The notes beneath the pieces were generated by a model. It was not told the origin of the DNA. It did not search any database and saw only the letters and a list, made by a program, of their open reading frames with translations. Positions 48,301-55,682 of a stretch of DNA of 64,000 nt are shown here, in pieces. The position numbers and the translations under genes were made by a program. The stretch is from a virus: IMG/VR virus record IMGVR_UViG_3300009159_000032; one strand, given 5' to 3'. Position 1 is the first letter of the stretch. Each line of letters begins with the position of its first letter.

Positions 48301-50659
48301 AAGAGATGACTTTAAAGTTATCACTGATATATTATCAACAGGTACTGTAGGCGTAACTGATCGTGTAATTGCTAACGGTGTTGATCCTGTTTCTAATGAT
48401 GCTCAATATGCTTATAATATATTACAAGCTAACAAGGCATATTTACAAGCAGAAGTTGTTGCGTATGTTGAAGCTACTAAACGTCCTGGATTTATATACG
48501 ATCAAACCAAATGTCTACGTGACGTAGGCTATATGGTTGACAGTGTTGCATTTGATGTTTTATATGGCGGTAACAGACAAGCAATTCAAAGCGGTGTTTA
48601 CTACTATGGATTCTCTGGAACTAGCTCTGCAATACCTGGAGAAAGTACGCAAACTCTTGCAGCTTATACAAGATTGCGTGATATACTACCTAGCATTGTT
48701 ACAAATCAAACAATTACTAAGAGTCCCAATAATACTTTAACACAAGTAACTAACTTAACTAGTTCAACCGTAGGTCAAAGTACATACCTAGTTGGCATGG
48801 TAGACTTAATTACTGATATTATTACTAATGGTCCAAGTGCGGCTGAGACACAACTACCAGTCAGCTTAACAATGAACACTGCTACTGAAGTTACAGCCGC
48901 AGTAGATATATTAATTGCTAATAGAGAATTTATTAAACAAGAAATTGTTTCTTATATTAACTATGAATTTTTAGTAGGTACTGACACTGAAGCACAACTA
49001 ATAAGAGACAATGTTAATTTCATTAATAGAATTATTGAAAGCGGCCCTGACGAAGTTACAGTAAAAGAACCAATCGGGTTATTAGCTAATCAAAATCGTA
49101 GAGTACAAAATGCAGCTAAATTATTAAATGCTAACAGAAACTTTATACGTGCTGAAACTATTGCTTATATTAATAACACTTACAACACAGGATTCTTATA
49201 CGATAAAACAAAGTGCAAGAGAGATACAGGACTAATTGTTGATAGTATTGCATTTGATTTATTGTATAACGGAACTACTGAAAGTACATTTGCTGGACTA
49301 CAGTATTGGAATCAAGCAGACTATACTGGAACAATTAAAGGCGAAATTACTACAACTACTAATGCAATTCGTTACATCAAAGAACTAGTTGGAAAAGTAA
49401 TCCTTAAAGAAACAGTCGAAGTTACAACTGGCAACACGTCGACACAAGATGTATCTTTACCAATAGGCACTTCCGGAGTTGCGGCAGAAGTTACCGGAAA
49501 TGTTGACGTAATATTATCAATATTAACCAACGGAACTGCCGGAGTAACTGATGCTATTGTTCCGAACGGAGCAGTAAAAACTTCTAGCGATGTAGTTAAT
49601 AGCTACAATCTACTACAGGCAAATAAAGCATTCATTCAAAATGAAGTCATTGCTAGGATTGATTATGACAACACTGAATTTGAATATGATAGAACTACTT
49701 GCCGTAGAGATGTAGGGTATATTATTGACAGTCTGTCATTTGATTTACTACACGGCGGCAACAGACAAAGTATTACATCTGGGGTATACTACTATGGATT
49801 CAATGCAGCTGACACTGCAATTGACGATCAAATACCTCAAACTACTGCGGCCTACGAAAGAATCAAAGAAATGATTAACAGCATTGTTCTTGGACAGGCT
49901 GTAACGACATCTTATCAGTTTAAAGTTCCGCAGGCATTCAATGATAATATTGCAACTTCTGTAGAAGTCACAGCACTGGGAACTAAAATTGATAATATTA
50001 CAAATATTATTAATAATGGTCCGAGTGTGGCACCTGCACAGCAACCAATTAGTCAAACAGCCAGCACTGCTACAACAGTTATTAATGCATTTAATTTATT
50101 ATTAGCAAATAGAAATTTTATCAAAGCTGAAGTTGTTGCGTATATTGATGCAATTTACACTGATACACCTAACTACGATAGGGACAAGTGCTTCCGTGAT
50201 ATGGGTGCAATTGTTGATGCCGTAGGTTACGACTTAGTTTATGGCGGAAATTATAATTCTGTAAACACAGGTAACGGTTATTTTAATCGTAAAGGTCAGT
50301 ATCATATTGTTAGACTAGAACAAAATGTTACAGATCCAACATTGTTTGTTGACGGCGCAACAGTGAGGTTTTATCAGCAGAGTTATATTTCTGCTTCAGG
50401 ATATCTGTTTGAATATGTAGGTGCCGGCACACAGTATGGTGCGTTACCGCAGGTTGGTACAGCTGACCCTCAACAAAGCAAAGAAGTAGTCCAGTTAAAT
50501 AATGGCAAGGTGTTCTTTACATCAACAGATCAAAACGGAGATTTCCGTATAGGACCAACATTGGTAATTAGTCAAAGCACTGGAGTCTTAAGTGGACGAA
50601 CATTCCAAAAGAGTTTGTATGCTGAAATGACACCATTTATCTTGGTGGTAGGAGCATAA
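42350..50659 (+). CDS. Giant virion structural protein, paralog of 35408-41929, with 12 CxRD-type repeats (2769 aa)
   Basis: Shares near-identical core blocks with the first giant (HSPYIQNCTNQSGPW; DPNGSGGGALVDGNAPS; KEVVQLNNGKVFFTSTDQNGDFRIGPTLVISQ). Confidence 0.87.
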   Translation: MPRLLSNRKPVLRPEDLKADRWDYLNLQNAQPALGLAPANNAGYTLQTDADGKVTWSDTLGRLQFENQIIGATEQNVDIEITSLDTNSDIVLSPYQQVRIRGDLAVDQNVEITGDITVTGNPLGTFPINDRTLYVTPNGDDRNDGTALDASRACRTISGAVRSPFYTEGTTIKVAAGVYFEDNPIPLKRDSSVLGNDLRTTFVEPLNKDLDLFHVNSGVYIAQMQMRNLRRGAVERYAPGGAGTYTTGAYCAAFPPNLENPINVYHSPYIQNCTNQSGPWLKDGTMFVPNQIVQIPVGAGTSTWVANVNTITVTLFTGTVAVGMAVNDAANEGYRNAQLLLQANKQFLQSQTVAYVNDTYPLLDYNEALCYRDVGYIIDAVSGDARFGGNKRSIEAGLAYWRGNISLIEGQQNETADAINYLRDVSLEIITNTTVTNIFNTLTNQVLNLNYDKGAVVSTRVSSSFGVITSIIQNGEGAVPNTVEDLYGLIYPSGLSPNSPNSASTITSITTVTTGTYLITLSTATVSPSDNATLYFGETSVYPFLDADIPSEWTLADADGIFADRRLDPNGSGGGALVDGNAPSLISPIQSFVFDAFTQLNQGGIGIHIINNGYAQLVSVFTIFCSNSVLVENGGIASITNSNANFGDQCLTAKGLGKLAFQGFVRNPAYPTNVPNGEYYPLGYWPNKQQMEVFIPSDRDRPHIGQVMEVVPPDTYRNYEGQRVPFINEAGYPGYLAVVANTSTISTGSYTINDIDVTSIAVGHTLYVRDVLGNETSPENGQPYVTTGTQVVDVNFRSVTLDRPILTGYSDPDNFSNYFNLYFCGNAYYTVLSSQIDYSLSTTVTNQSTLVPGQETTTSLAISYAKNLATRVIQNIPVDGFVYDIDQCERDTGLIVDSIALDTLYPTPEFSQSNFAGLQYWNQDRYIGTIGNEITTTTNAIRYVKQLAQKIVQGITTGTRYQSTVTQITSSTVASLTEATVVANDFEVIIDILVDGIAGVTDKIVTNGVISTSTGTLTAYNLLTANKNYIQREAVAYVESTKTPGFVYDQAKCLRDVGYMVDSVAFDLLRPNNNKTPSNKQAIQSGVLYYGYNSTSSQITGQIPQTIQAFTYIKDLVPYIVQGITTSTPYQDYVTQVVNLTTASYGIVPTIQNYLDHIIMIIDMGPSMANASVPISLTKSVSPNAQAAYDLLKANTEFIKAELTAFINFQNPLGPYQSEYPQVFDAELTGGSNGVTSVIDKFDIISNIVKDGSESSPPIQRPRQYVTTDQGVLNAKKLLDKNRLFIQAETVAYVDSLWPSKFSYDPAKCSRDTGLIVDALAQDLLFDGTSQSAFAGIQYWNQGLTVIPGEQTTTTNAIKYLKTVAQKVITNNTSSYRYQNTVTQIVSTVTSSTAAISLVLGTKFDVITDILTNGTEGITDRIIPNSLEASTTVPVTSAYSLLQSNKEYLQHEVVAWVEANANFVYDSVKCARDTGLIVDAIALDLLYPTTHDSQSTFAGLQYWNQGNYTGDILNELTTTTNAIIYLSGLAQKVVVNNKSGTRYQNTLTQTTSTLVATAGEAAIIGNDFGVIINILNTGTAGVTDIIVPNGRSSINTATINAYNLLLSNKDYLIAETIAYVEANKAPGFVYSKTKCARDTGYMIDSVAFDLLHGGNKQAVQSGVLYYAHLSTSTAIVGEIPQTTAAYNRIREILPNILNGIEITPSVGNTTQQIVYMLPASATQIAKAQAKVDKITNIINNGPIVASTLTSISLTASADPYADCAYDILVANREFIKDEIIAYIDSNFTGFSYDKVKCFRDVGYMIDSVSFDLLYGGNKQSIQSGVYYYGYDSTSTAIVGEIPQTTSAYNFIEQIVGDIVTGTLITDPQQTTVAQITSLNYTYNQNKCERDTGILVDSFVTDLLFRGNGYTQSNFSGLQYWNQSGYTGDIRNEITTTTNAIKFLSSLAQQVVVNNTSTSTVVRYQNTVSQVTNLTTATYDQVYRIRDDFKVITDILSTGTVGVTDRVIANGVDPVSNDAQYAYNILQANKAYLQAEVVAYVEATKRPGFIYDQTKCLRDVGYMVDSVAFDVLYGGNRQAIQSGVYYYGFSGTSSAIPGESTQTLAAYTRLRDILPSIVTNQTITKSPNNTLTQVTNLTSSTVGQSTYLVGMVDLITDIITNGPSAAETQLPVSLTMNTATEVTAAVDILIANREFIKQEIVSYINYEFLVGTDTEAQLIRDNVNFINRIIESGPDEVTVKEPIGLLANQNRRVQNAAKLLNANRNFIRAETIAYINNTYNTGFLYDKTKCKRDTGLIVDSIAFDLLYNGTTESTFAGLQYWNQADYTGTIKGEITTTTNAIRYIKELVGKVILKETVEVTTGNTSTQDVSLPIGTSGVAAEVTGNVDVILSILTNGTAGVTDAIVPNGAVKTSSDVVNSYNLLQANKAFIQNEVIARIDYDNTEFEYDRTTCRRDVGYIIDSLSFDLLHGGNRQSITSGVYYYGFNAADTAIDDQIPQTTAAYERIKEMINSIVLGQAVTTSYQFKVPQAFNDNIATSVEVTALGTKIDNITNIINNGPSVAPAQQPISQTASTATTVINAFNLLLANRNFIKAEVVAYIDAIYTDTPNYDRDKCFRDMGAIVDAVGYDLVYGGNYNSVNTGNGYFNRKGQYHIVRLEQNVTDPTLFVDGATVRFYQQSYISASGYLFEYVGAGTQYGALPQVGTADPQQSKEVVQLNNGKVFFTSTDQNGDFRIGPTLVISQSTGVLSGRTFQKSLYAEMTPFILVVGA

Positions 50660-50660
50660 C

Positions 50661-52376
50661 GTGGCATCATTATTAAGCGGAAACGTAAAGAACCCAACAT
50701 CTCCTAGTGGCTATACAGGTCTAGGTGGCACACAGGTAGCTTTGGGTAACACTCCTACTACCTCAACTGGTTATACTATTATCACGGTTAATAGTATTGC
50801 AACATATTCTAATACGTTACAAAATTTACAATTTAAAACAGACTTTTCCACAGAAACTAGAATCACAAGTCAGTTACCAGATGGTAACATAATGATAGAA
50901 ACTACCGGAACTGGCACTATCTATTTGTTAGGCAATGTTAGTATTCCAAGATTAGATGCTCAGACAGCATTTAAAGGACCTGTCAAAGCAGCAACTACTG
51001 CCAGTGTTGACCTTATTGGCGGAGCACCAAACATAGTCGACGGTTACTTGTTAACAACTAGTGATAGGGTGCTGGTTAAAGATCAGGTCGATGAAGCTGA
51101 AAATGGTATATATGTTGTATTAAATCTAGGTGTGGGATCAAACGGTACATGGGAAAGAGCCACAGATGCAGACACTTCTGCGAAATTAGCACAGGCCATT
51201 GTTAGTGTTTCAAGAGGCGACACTCTAGCAGGCAGATATTTCTATACTGACTTTACTTCTAATTTAACCTTAGGTGTTGATCCAATAAAATGGTACCAAC
51301 TTATTGCCGATAAACTAGATCAGAATATAACAAATAAAAATATTGATTCAACAAATATTGGTGCTACTGCTCCAGGTTACGGTGCATTTAACGACTTACG
51401 TGCAACTAGTACAGCAACATCTACGGGTACAAATAGTGGAGCATTGATTGTATCAGGCGGTATTGGTATTGCTGATAATATGCACTTAGGCGGAGTTGCT
51501 TATATCGACAACGGAACTAGTGCTACTTCAACGTTTTCAGGAGCAATGATTGTTCAAGGTGGCTTAGGAGTAAACGGTGCAGGTTATTTTAGATCATTGT
51601 ATGTAGACGGAGTACCTGTTAATAATCCTATATGGAATGGCGGCACAATCAGTAGCCCTTTCTACGTAGCAAATATTGAAGGTGCTACTAGCACTAACAC
51701 AGGTGCTTTAAAAGTATTAGGCGGCGTTGGCATCGGCGGAGACTTGTTTGTTGGCAAGAGTATTACACTCGAAAGTATAAAACCAACAGAACGTGTTTAT
51801 TTCCGTATGCGAAATACCGCTACAAATGGACAAAGTTATACATGGGAAGTTGGCGGAAACAACTTTGCAGGACAATCTGGTGCTAATCTACGTGAAGGCA
51901 GTTTGACATTATTCAGTGATACTGCCAATACTTTTAGACTAGCAGTGGTCAAATCAAACGGAAATGTATTAATTGGACCACAGACAGACAACGGTGTAGA
52001 TAAGTTACAAGTTTCAGGAAGTGTTAGATTTGGAGATGGTCAGCTGTTTACACGCAGTACCAACATAAATAACACAAGTACTACAGTGATAGACAGTTTC
52101 CCGGCTGCGAATTATAGAACTGCAAAGCTCTTAGTTCAAATTTCGGATGGTATAGGACCTGGAACAAAATTTCATGTTGTAGAAATAGTTATATTAGCAG
52201 ACAATGACGGCAATGTTTATAAGTCTGAATATGGTATTATTACTACAGGAGGAGCAGTAGGAGTGTTTGACGTAGATTATGATATAAGCGGTAATGGTCT
52301 GGTTAGATTATTATTCAGTGCATCGTCTGCTTCTGCAAAACAAATTAAGGTACTGAGAACCAGCATCAGCAGGTAA
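50661..52376 (+). CDS. Tail-fibre-like protein (571 aa, GTG start)
   Basis: FKGPVKAATTA...DRVLVKDQ...ENGIYVV...WERATDAD fibre domain, TGAL..GG.GI repeats, C-terminal YRTAKLLVQ...SEYG domain. Confidence 0.75.
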   Translation: MASLLSGNVKNPTSPSGYTGLGGTQVALGNTPTTSTGYTIITVNSIATYSNTLQNLQFKTDFSTETRITSQLPDGNIMIETTGTGTIYLLGNVSIPRLDAQTAFKGPVKAATTASVDLIGGAPNIVDGYLLTTSDRVLVKDQVDEAENGIYVVLNLGVGSNGTWERATDADTSAKLAQAIVSVSRGDTLAGRYFYTDFTSNLTLGVDPIKWYQLIADKLDQNITNKNIDSTNIGATAPGYGAFNDLRATSTATSTGTNSGALIVSGGIGIADNMHLGGVAYIDNGTSATSTFSGAMIVQGGLGVNGAGYFRSLYVDGVPVNNPIWNGGTISSPFYVANIEGATSTNTGALKVLGGVGIGGDLFVGKSITLESIKPTERVYFRMRNTATNGQSYTWEVGGNNFAGQSGANLREGSLTLFSDTANTFRLAVVKSNGNVLIGPQTDNGVDKLQVSGSVRFGDGQLFTRSTNINNTSTTVIDSFPAANYRTAKLLVQISDGIGPGTKFHVVEIVILADNDGNVYKSEYGIITTGGAVGVFDVDYDISGNGLVRLLFSASSASAKQIKVLRTSISR

Positions 52377-52392
52377 ACGTAAGGATATAAAA

Positions 52393-55300
52393 ATGTCATT
52401 AACTAGAGATTTCGTCGTAAAAGAAGGCTTACAAGTTCAAGGAACGACACAGTCTGCCTTGACTTCATCAGGAGCACTGTTGGTTGCTGGCGGAGCTGGA
52501 ATTGGCGGCAACATCAACATTGGCGGATCTATTAAACGTACAGGTGCTATCACTGGCGGCACGTTTGCTACAGGCGCTCAATTAAGTCTAGGTGACGGAA
52601 CTTTTACAGATACACTTACTTCAGGTCGTGTGACCTGGGGCGTTACAAACTATTTTGGCAGTTCAGTTTTAGATACAGTAAGTTTAAACGCAACTTATAC
52701 CAACGCTACTAGCATTTATATCAAAGGCGCACCAACTGCCGGTAGTAACTTAACAATTGAAAAAGCCTGGGCGTTATATGCCACTTCTGGTAGTTTCTAT
52801 ATTGGAGAACTGTCTGGTTCGACATCGTCTGCCAACAATCAAGCATTACAGGTAGCAGGCGGTATTAGTTTTGGTAACGGACTTTATGGTGGGGGTGGTG
52901 GTAGTTTATTTGGATATTATGAAATAAACAATAGTGAAATTCTAACTCGTGCCAATGCAAATCTTGGCGTTATTGAATTCCCTAACGGTATACAAATTAC
53001 TACCAGCACTAATTCTTATAGTACAACAACTGGTGCTGTAATTATCAACAAAGGCGGCGGTCTAGGTGTGGGCGGTAACGCATACATTGGCGGATACTTG
53101 GCAGTATTGACAACTGCCACTATTCTTGGAACAGAAAACGCAGTTAGCACAACAACTGGTGCTTTAAGACTAGCAGGCGGACTAGGCATTGGCCAAGATC
53201 TATGGGCTAGAAATGGTTTCTTTATTTCCGGTGCTGCCAATACAGCAACAATTGCTGGTAATAGTTTACAAATTGGCAACAGCGGCGGGTTAGGAGTTAC
53301 AGGATCTGCACGTATTGAAGGCCAAGTCTATATCACAGACACTACTGTTTCTTCTCAATTAGGTAGAGGTGCATTGATAGTACGTGGTGGTACTAGTATT
53401 GAAGGAAAATTAAATGTTGCATCTGTACATGTTAACGATGCAACTTTGGCTACTACCCCTAGTAATGCAGCATTAGTAGTTGATGGCGGATTAGGTGTTG
53501 CTGGCAATGTAATCATCGGTAACACTGACAGTTCAACAGGTACTACTGCAACAAATGCGTTAGTAGTTGACGGCGGAGTATACATCAAACGTGATTTAAC
53601 AGTTAAAGGTAATACTATTGTCGAAGGCGACTTATTACTATTAGGCACCGGTGCTCAAGTAACTGTAAATTCAACAAATACTTACATTGTTGATCCAATT
53701 ATTGAAATTGGCGGCGGTGCCGGCGGTGCAATGCTGACCACACCTGATGTATATGACAAAGGTTTATTGATACATTATCAAAATGCTATTAATACATTGA
53801 CTGATTATCGTGCATTTGTTGGACTAGAAAACACTACTCAAAGATTTATTTTAAAACAAAGTATTCAACCAGGTGTGAACGGTAGCAATCCATTTGGTGA
53901 CTATTATACCTCAGGAACTTGGAGTACTTTAGAAGCTGGCAGTATAATTTTACGTGATACCACTGAAGCTGTAGACGAAAATACGGGGGCTTTAATTCTT
54001 GATGGTGGTATTGGCGTTGCTGGCAAAACTGTTTTTGCTAATACAACAACATTTACATCAAATAAATTTAACACTCAAGGTATATCAAACAATGCACTTC
54101 AAGTACCCTACGGCGGAATTGGTGCATCATACTTATATGTAACAAACGAAGGTTGGATTAACGGAGCACAAATTCTTACTACTGGTACTGTTAATAATGG
54201 TATTGGTGGTATTTTTACAAACACATTCCAATTTACAAACCTAACACAAAGTAATAGTACTGATACTGGCGCAGTTACTATTGCTGGCGGTCTAGGTGTT
54301 GGTGGAAATGTATATATTGGCGGTAACGAAGTACTATACGGTACATTAAATATCACCAATGATACGCAGTCTGATAATACTACTTCTGGTGCATTAGAAG
54401 TAGTCGGCGGCGTAGGCATTGGGAAAAATTTAAATGTTGGCGGCACAGTTAGCGTAACTGATGCAACTAATAGCACTGCAACCAATAATGGATCGTTAGT
54501 CACAGCAGGTGGTGTAGGTGTTGCTAAGAGTCTAACTGTTGGAGGCAATGTATCTGTAGCTAATACAGTTACAACCACTGATTTACGTGTAACAGGGACT
54601 ACAGATAGCACAAGTAAAACCACTGGCGCTGCCACTGTTGCTGGCGGGCTAGGTGTTGCAGAAACAATTAGAGCTAGCAGAGTAGTATCTGGTACAGCAT
54701 ATATCAACAGCGGAACTACTGCGACTTCAACTGCTACTGGCGATCTAGTAGTTACAGGTGGAGTTGGCATTGGACAAGATGCATACATTGGCGGAAATGT
54801 TAGAATATTATCTACAGTTACTTCGGATAATGTAGGCACAGGAGCATTATTAGTATCAGGCGGAGTTGGCATTGGAATTGATCTTACAGTTGGTGGGTCA
54901 ATTACTAGAACTGGCACTGTTACAAAGAATATTATTAATTCATCTGGTGCTGGGTTGATATTATCTACAGCAACATTTATTGATGCTGGTTCAGTTGGTA
55001 GTATCAATAATATTGTAGCAATTAACAGTGTTGGACGTCCAACAATTACAGCAACACAAAATCCTACCTGGGCAGATGCTGCAACATTCTATATTGATAA
55101 CGCACCCGCATTTACTAATGGTGATGCAACTAACAAGTGGTCATTGTTTGTCGCCAACGGTAATGTTAAGATCAATACTACCACAATTAATAATCAAAAT
55201 ACTACTTCTGGTGCATTAGTAGTTGCAGGCGGTATTGGTGTTGCAGGTAATATTACTTCTGGAGCACAAGTCAAAGGTCTAACAGTTAAAGTTGATGACA

Positions 55301-55641
55301 ACTTAATTAGTTCACCTAAGATAACAGGCAAAACAGATTCTACACCAGTAACTATTGACACATATACTGCTAACGCATTTACAACCGCAAAATATCTAGT
55401 ACAGATTGTTGATTTAGGAACACCTAATAAATTCCATGTTGTTGAACTGGTTGTTACCTATGATGGATCTAGCGGAGCTCCAGGGACATATATAAGCCAA
55501 TATGGATTAATTACAAATACAGGAGAATTGGGAACATTTGATGTAACCTACGGTGGTGGTACATTATCCGTGGTATTCACTCCTAACTATACTCCAGTAA
55601 GCATGAGTTTAAGGGCAATTAGATTAGCAATAATTACCTAA
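52393..55641 (+). CDS. Tail-fibre-like repeat protein (1082 aa)
   Basis: N-terminal DFVVKEGL, about 17 S/T-T-G-A-L-x-V-x-G-G-x-G-I/V repeats, C-terminal FTTAKYLVQ...SQYG domain. Confidence 0.8.
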   Translation: MSLTRDFVVKEGLQVQGTTQSALTSSGALLVAGGAGIGGNINIGGSIKRTGAITGGTFATGAQLSLGDGTFTDTLTSGRVTWGVTNYFGSSVLDTVSLNATYTNATSIYIKGAPTAGSNLTIEKAWALYATSGSFYIGELSGSTSSANNQALQVAGGISFGNGLYGGGGGSLFGYYEINNSEILTRANANLGVIEFPNGIQITTSTNSYSTTTGAVIINKGGGLGVGGNAYIGGYLAVLTTATILGTENAVSTTTGALRLAGGLGIGQDLWARNGFFISGAANTATIAGNSLQIGNSGGLGVTGSARIEGQVYITDTTVSSQLGRGALIVRGGTSIEGKLNVASVHVNDATLATTPSNAALVVDGGLGVAGNVIIGNTDSSTGTTATNALVVDGGVYIKRDLTVKGNTIVEGDLLLLGTGAQVTVNSTNTYIVDPIIEIGGGAGGAMLTTPDVYDKGLLIHYQNAINTLTDYRAFVGLENTTQRFILKQSIQPGVNGSNPFGDYYTSGTWSTLEAGSIILRDTTEAVDENTGALILDGGIGVAGKTVFANTTTFTSNKFNTQGISNNALQVPYGGIGASYLYVTNEGWINGAQILTTGTVNNGIGGIFTNTFQFTNLTQSNSTDTGAVTIAGGLGVGGNVYIGGNEVLYGTLNITNDTQSDNTTSGALEVVGGVGIGKNLNVGGTVSVTDATNSTATNNGSLVTAGGVGVAKSLTVGGNVSVANTVTTTDLRVTGTTDSTSKTTGAATVAGGLGVAETIRASRVVSGTAYINSGTTATSTATGDLVVTGGVGIGQDAYIGGNVRILSTVTSDNVGTGALLVSGGVGIGIDLTVGGSITRTGTVTKNIINSSGAGLILSTATFIDAGSVGSINNIVAINSVGRPTITATQNPTWADAATFYIDNAPAFTNGDATNKWSLFVANGNVKINTTTINNQNTTSGALVVAGGIGVAGNITSGAQVKGLTVKVDDNLISSPKITGKTDSTPVTIDTYTANAFTTAKYLVQIVDLGTPNKFHVVELVVTYDGSSGAPGTYISQYGLITNTGELGTFDVTYGGGTLSVVFTPNYTPVSMSLRAIRLAIIT

Positions 55642-55649
55642 TATAAATA
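55642..55649 (+). promoter_or_regulatory. Late promoter TATAAATA
   Basis: Exact consensus right after the stop codon, 33 nt upstream of ATG 55683. Confidence 0.75.
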
Positions 55650-55682
55650 TTCGACAAGCCGTCAAGTGGAAAGGGAAACTGA

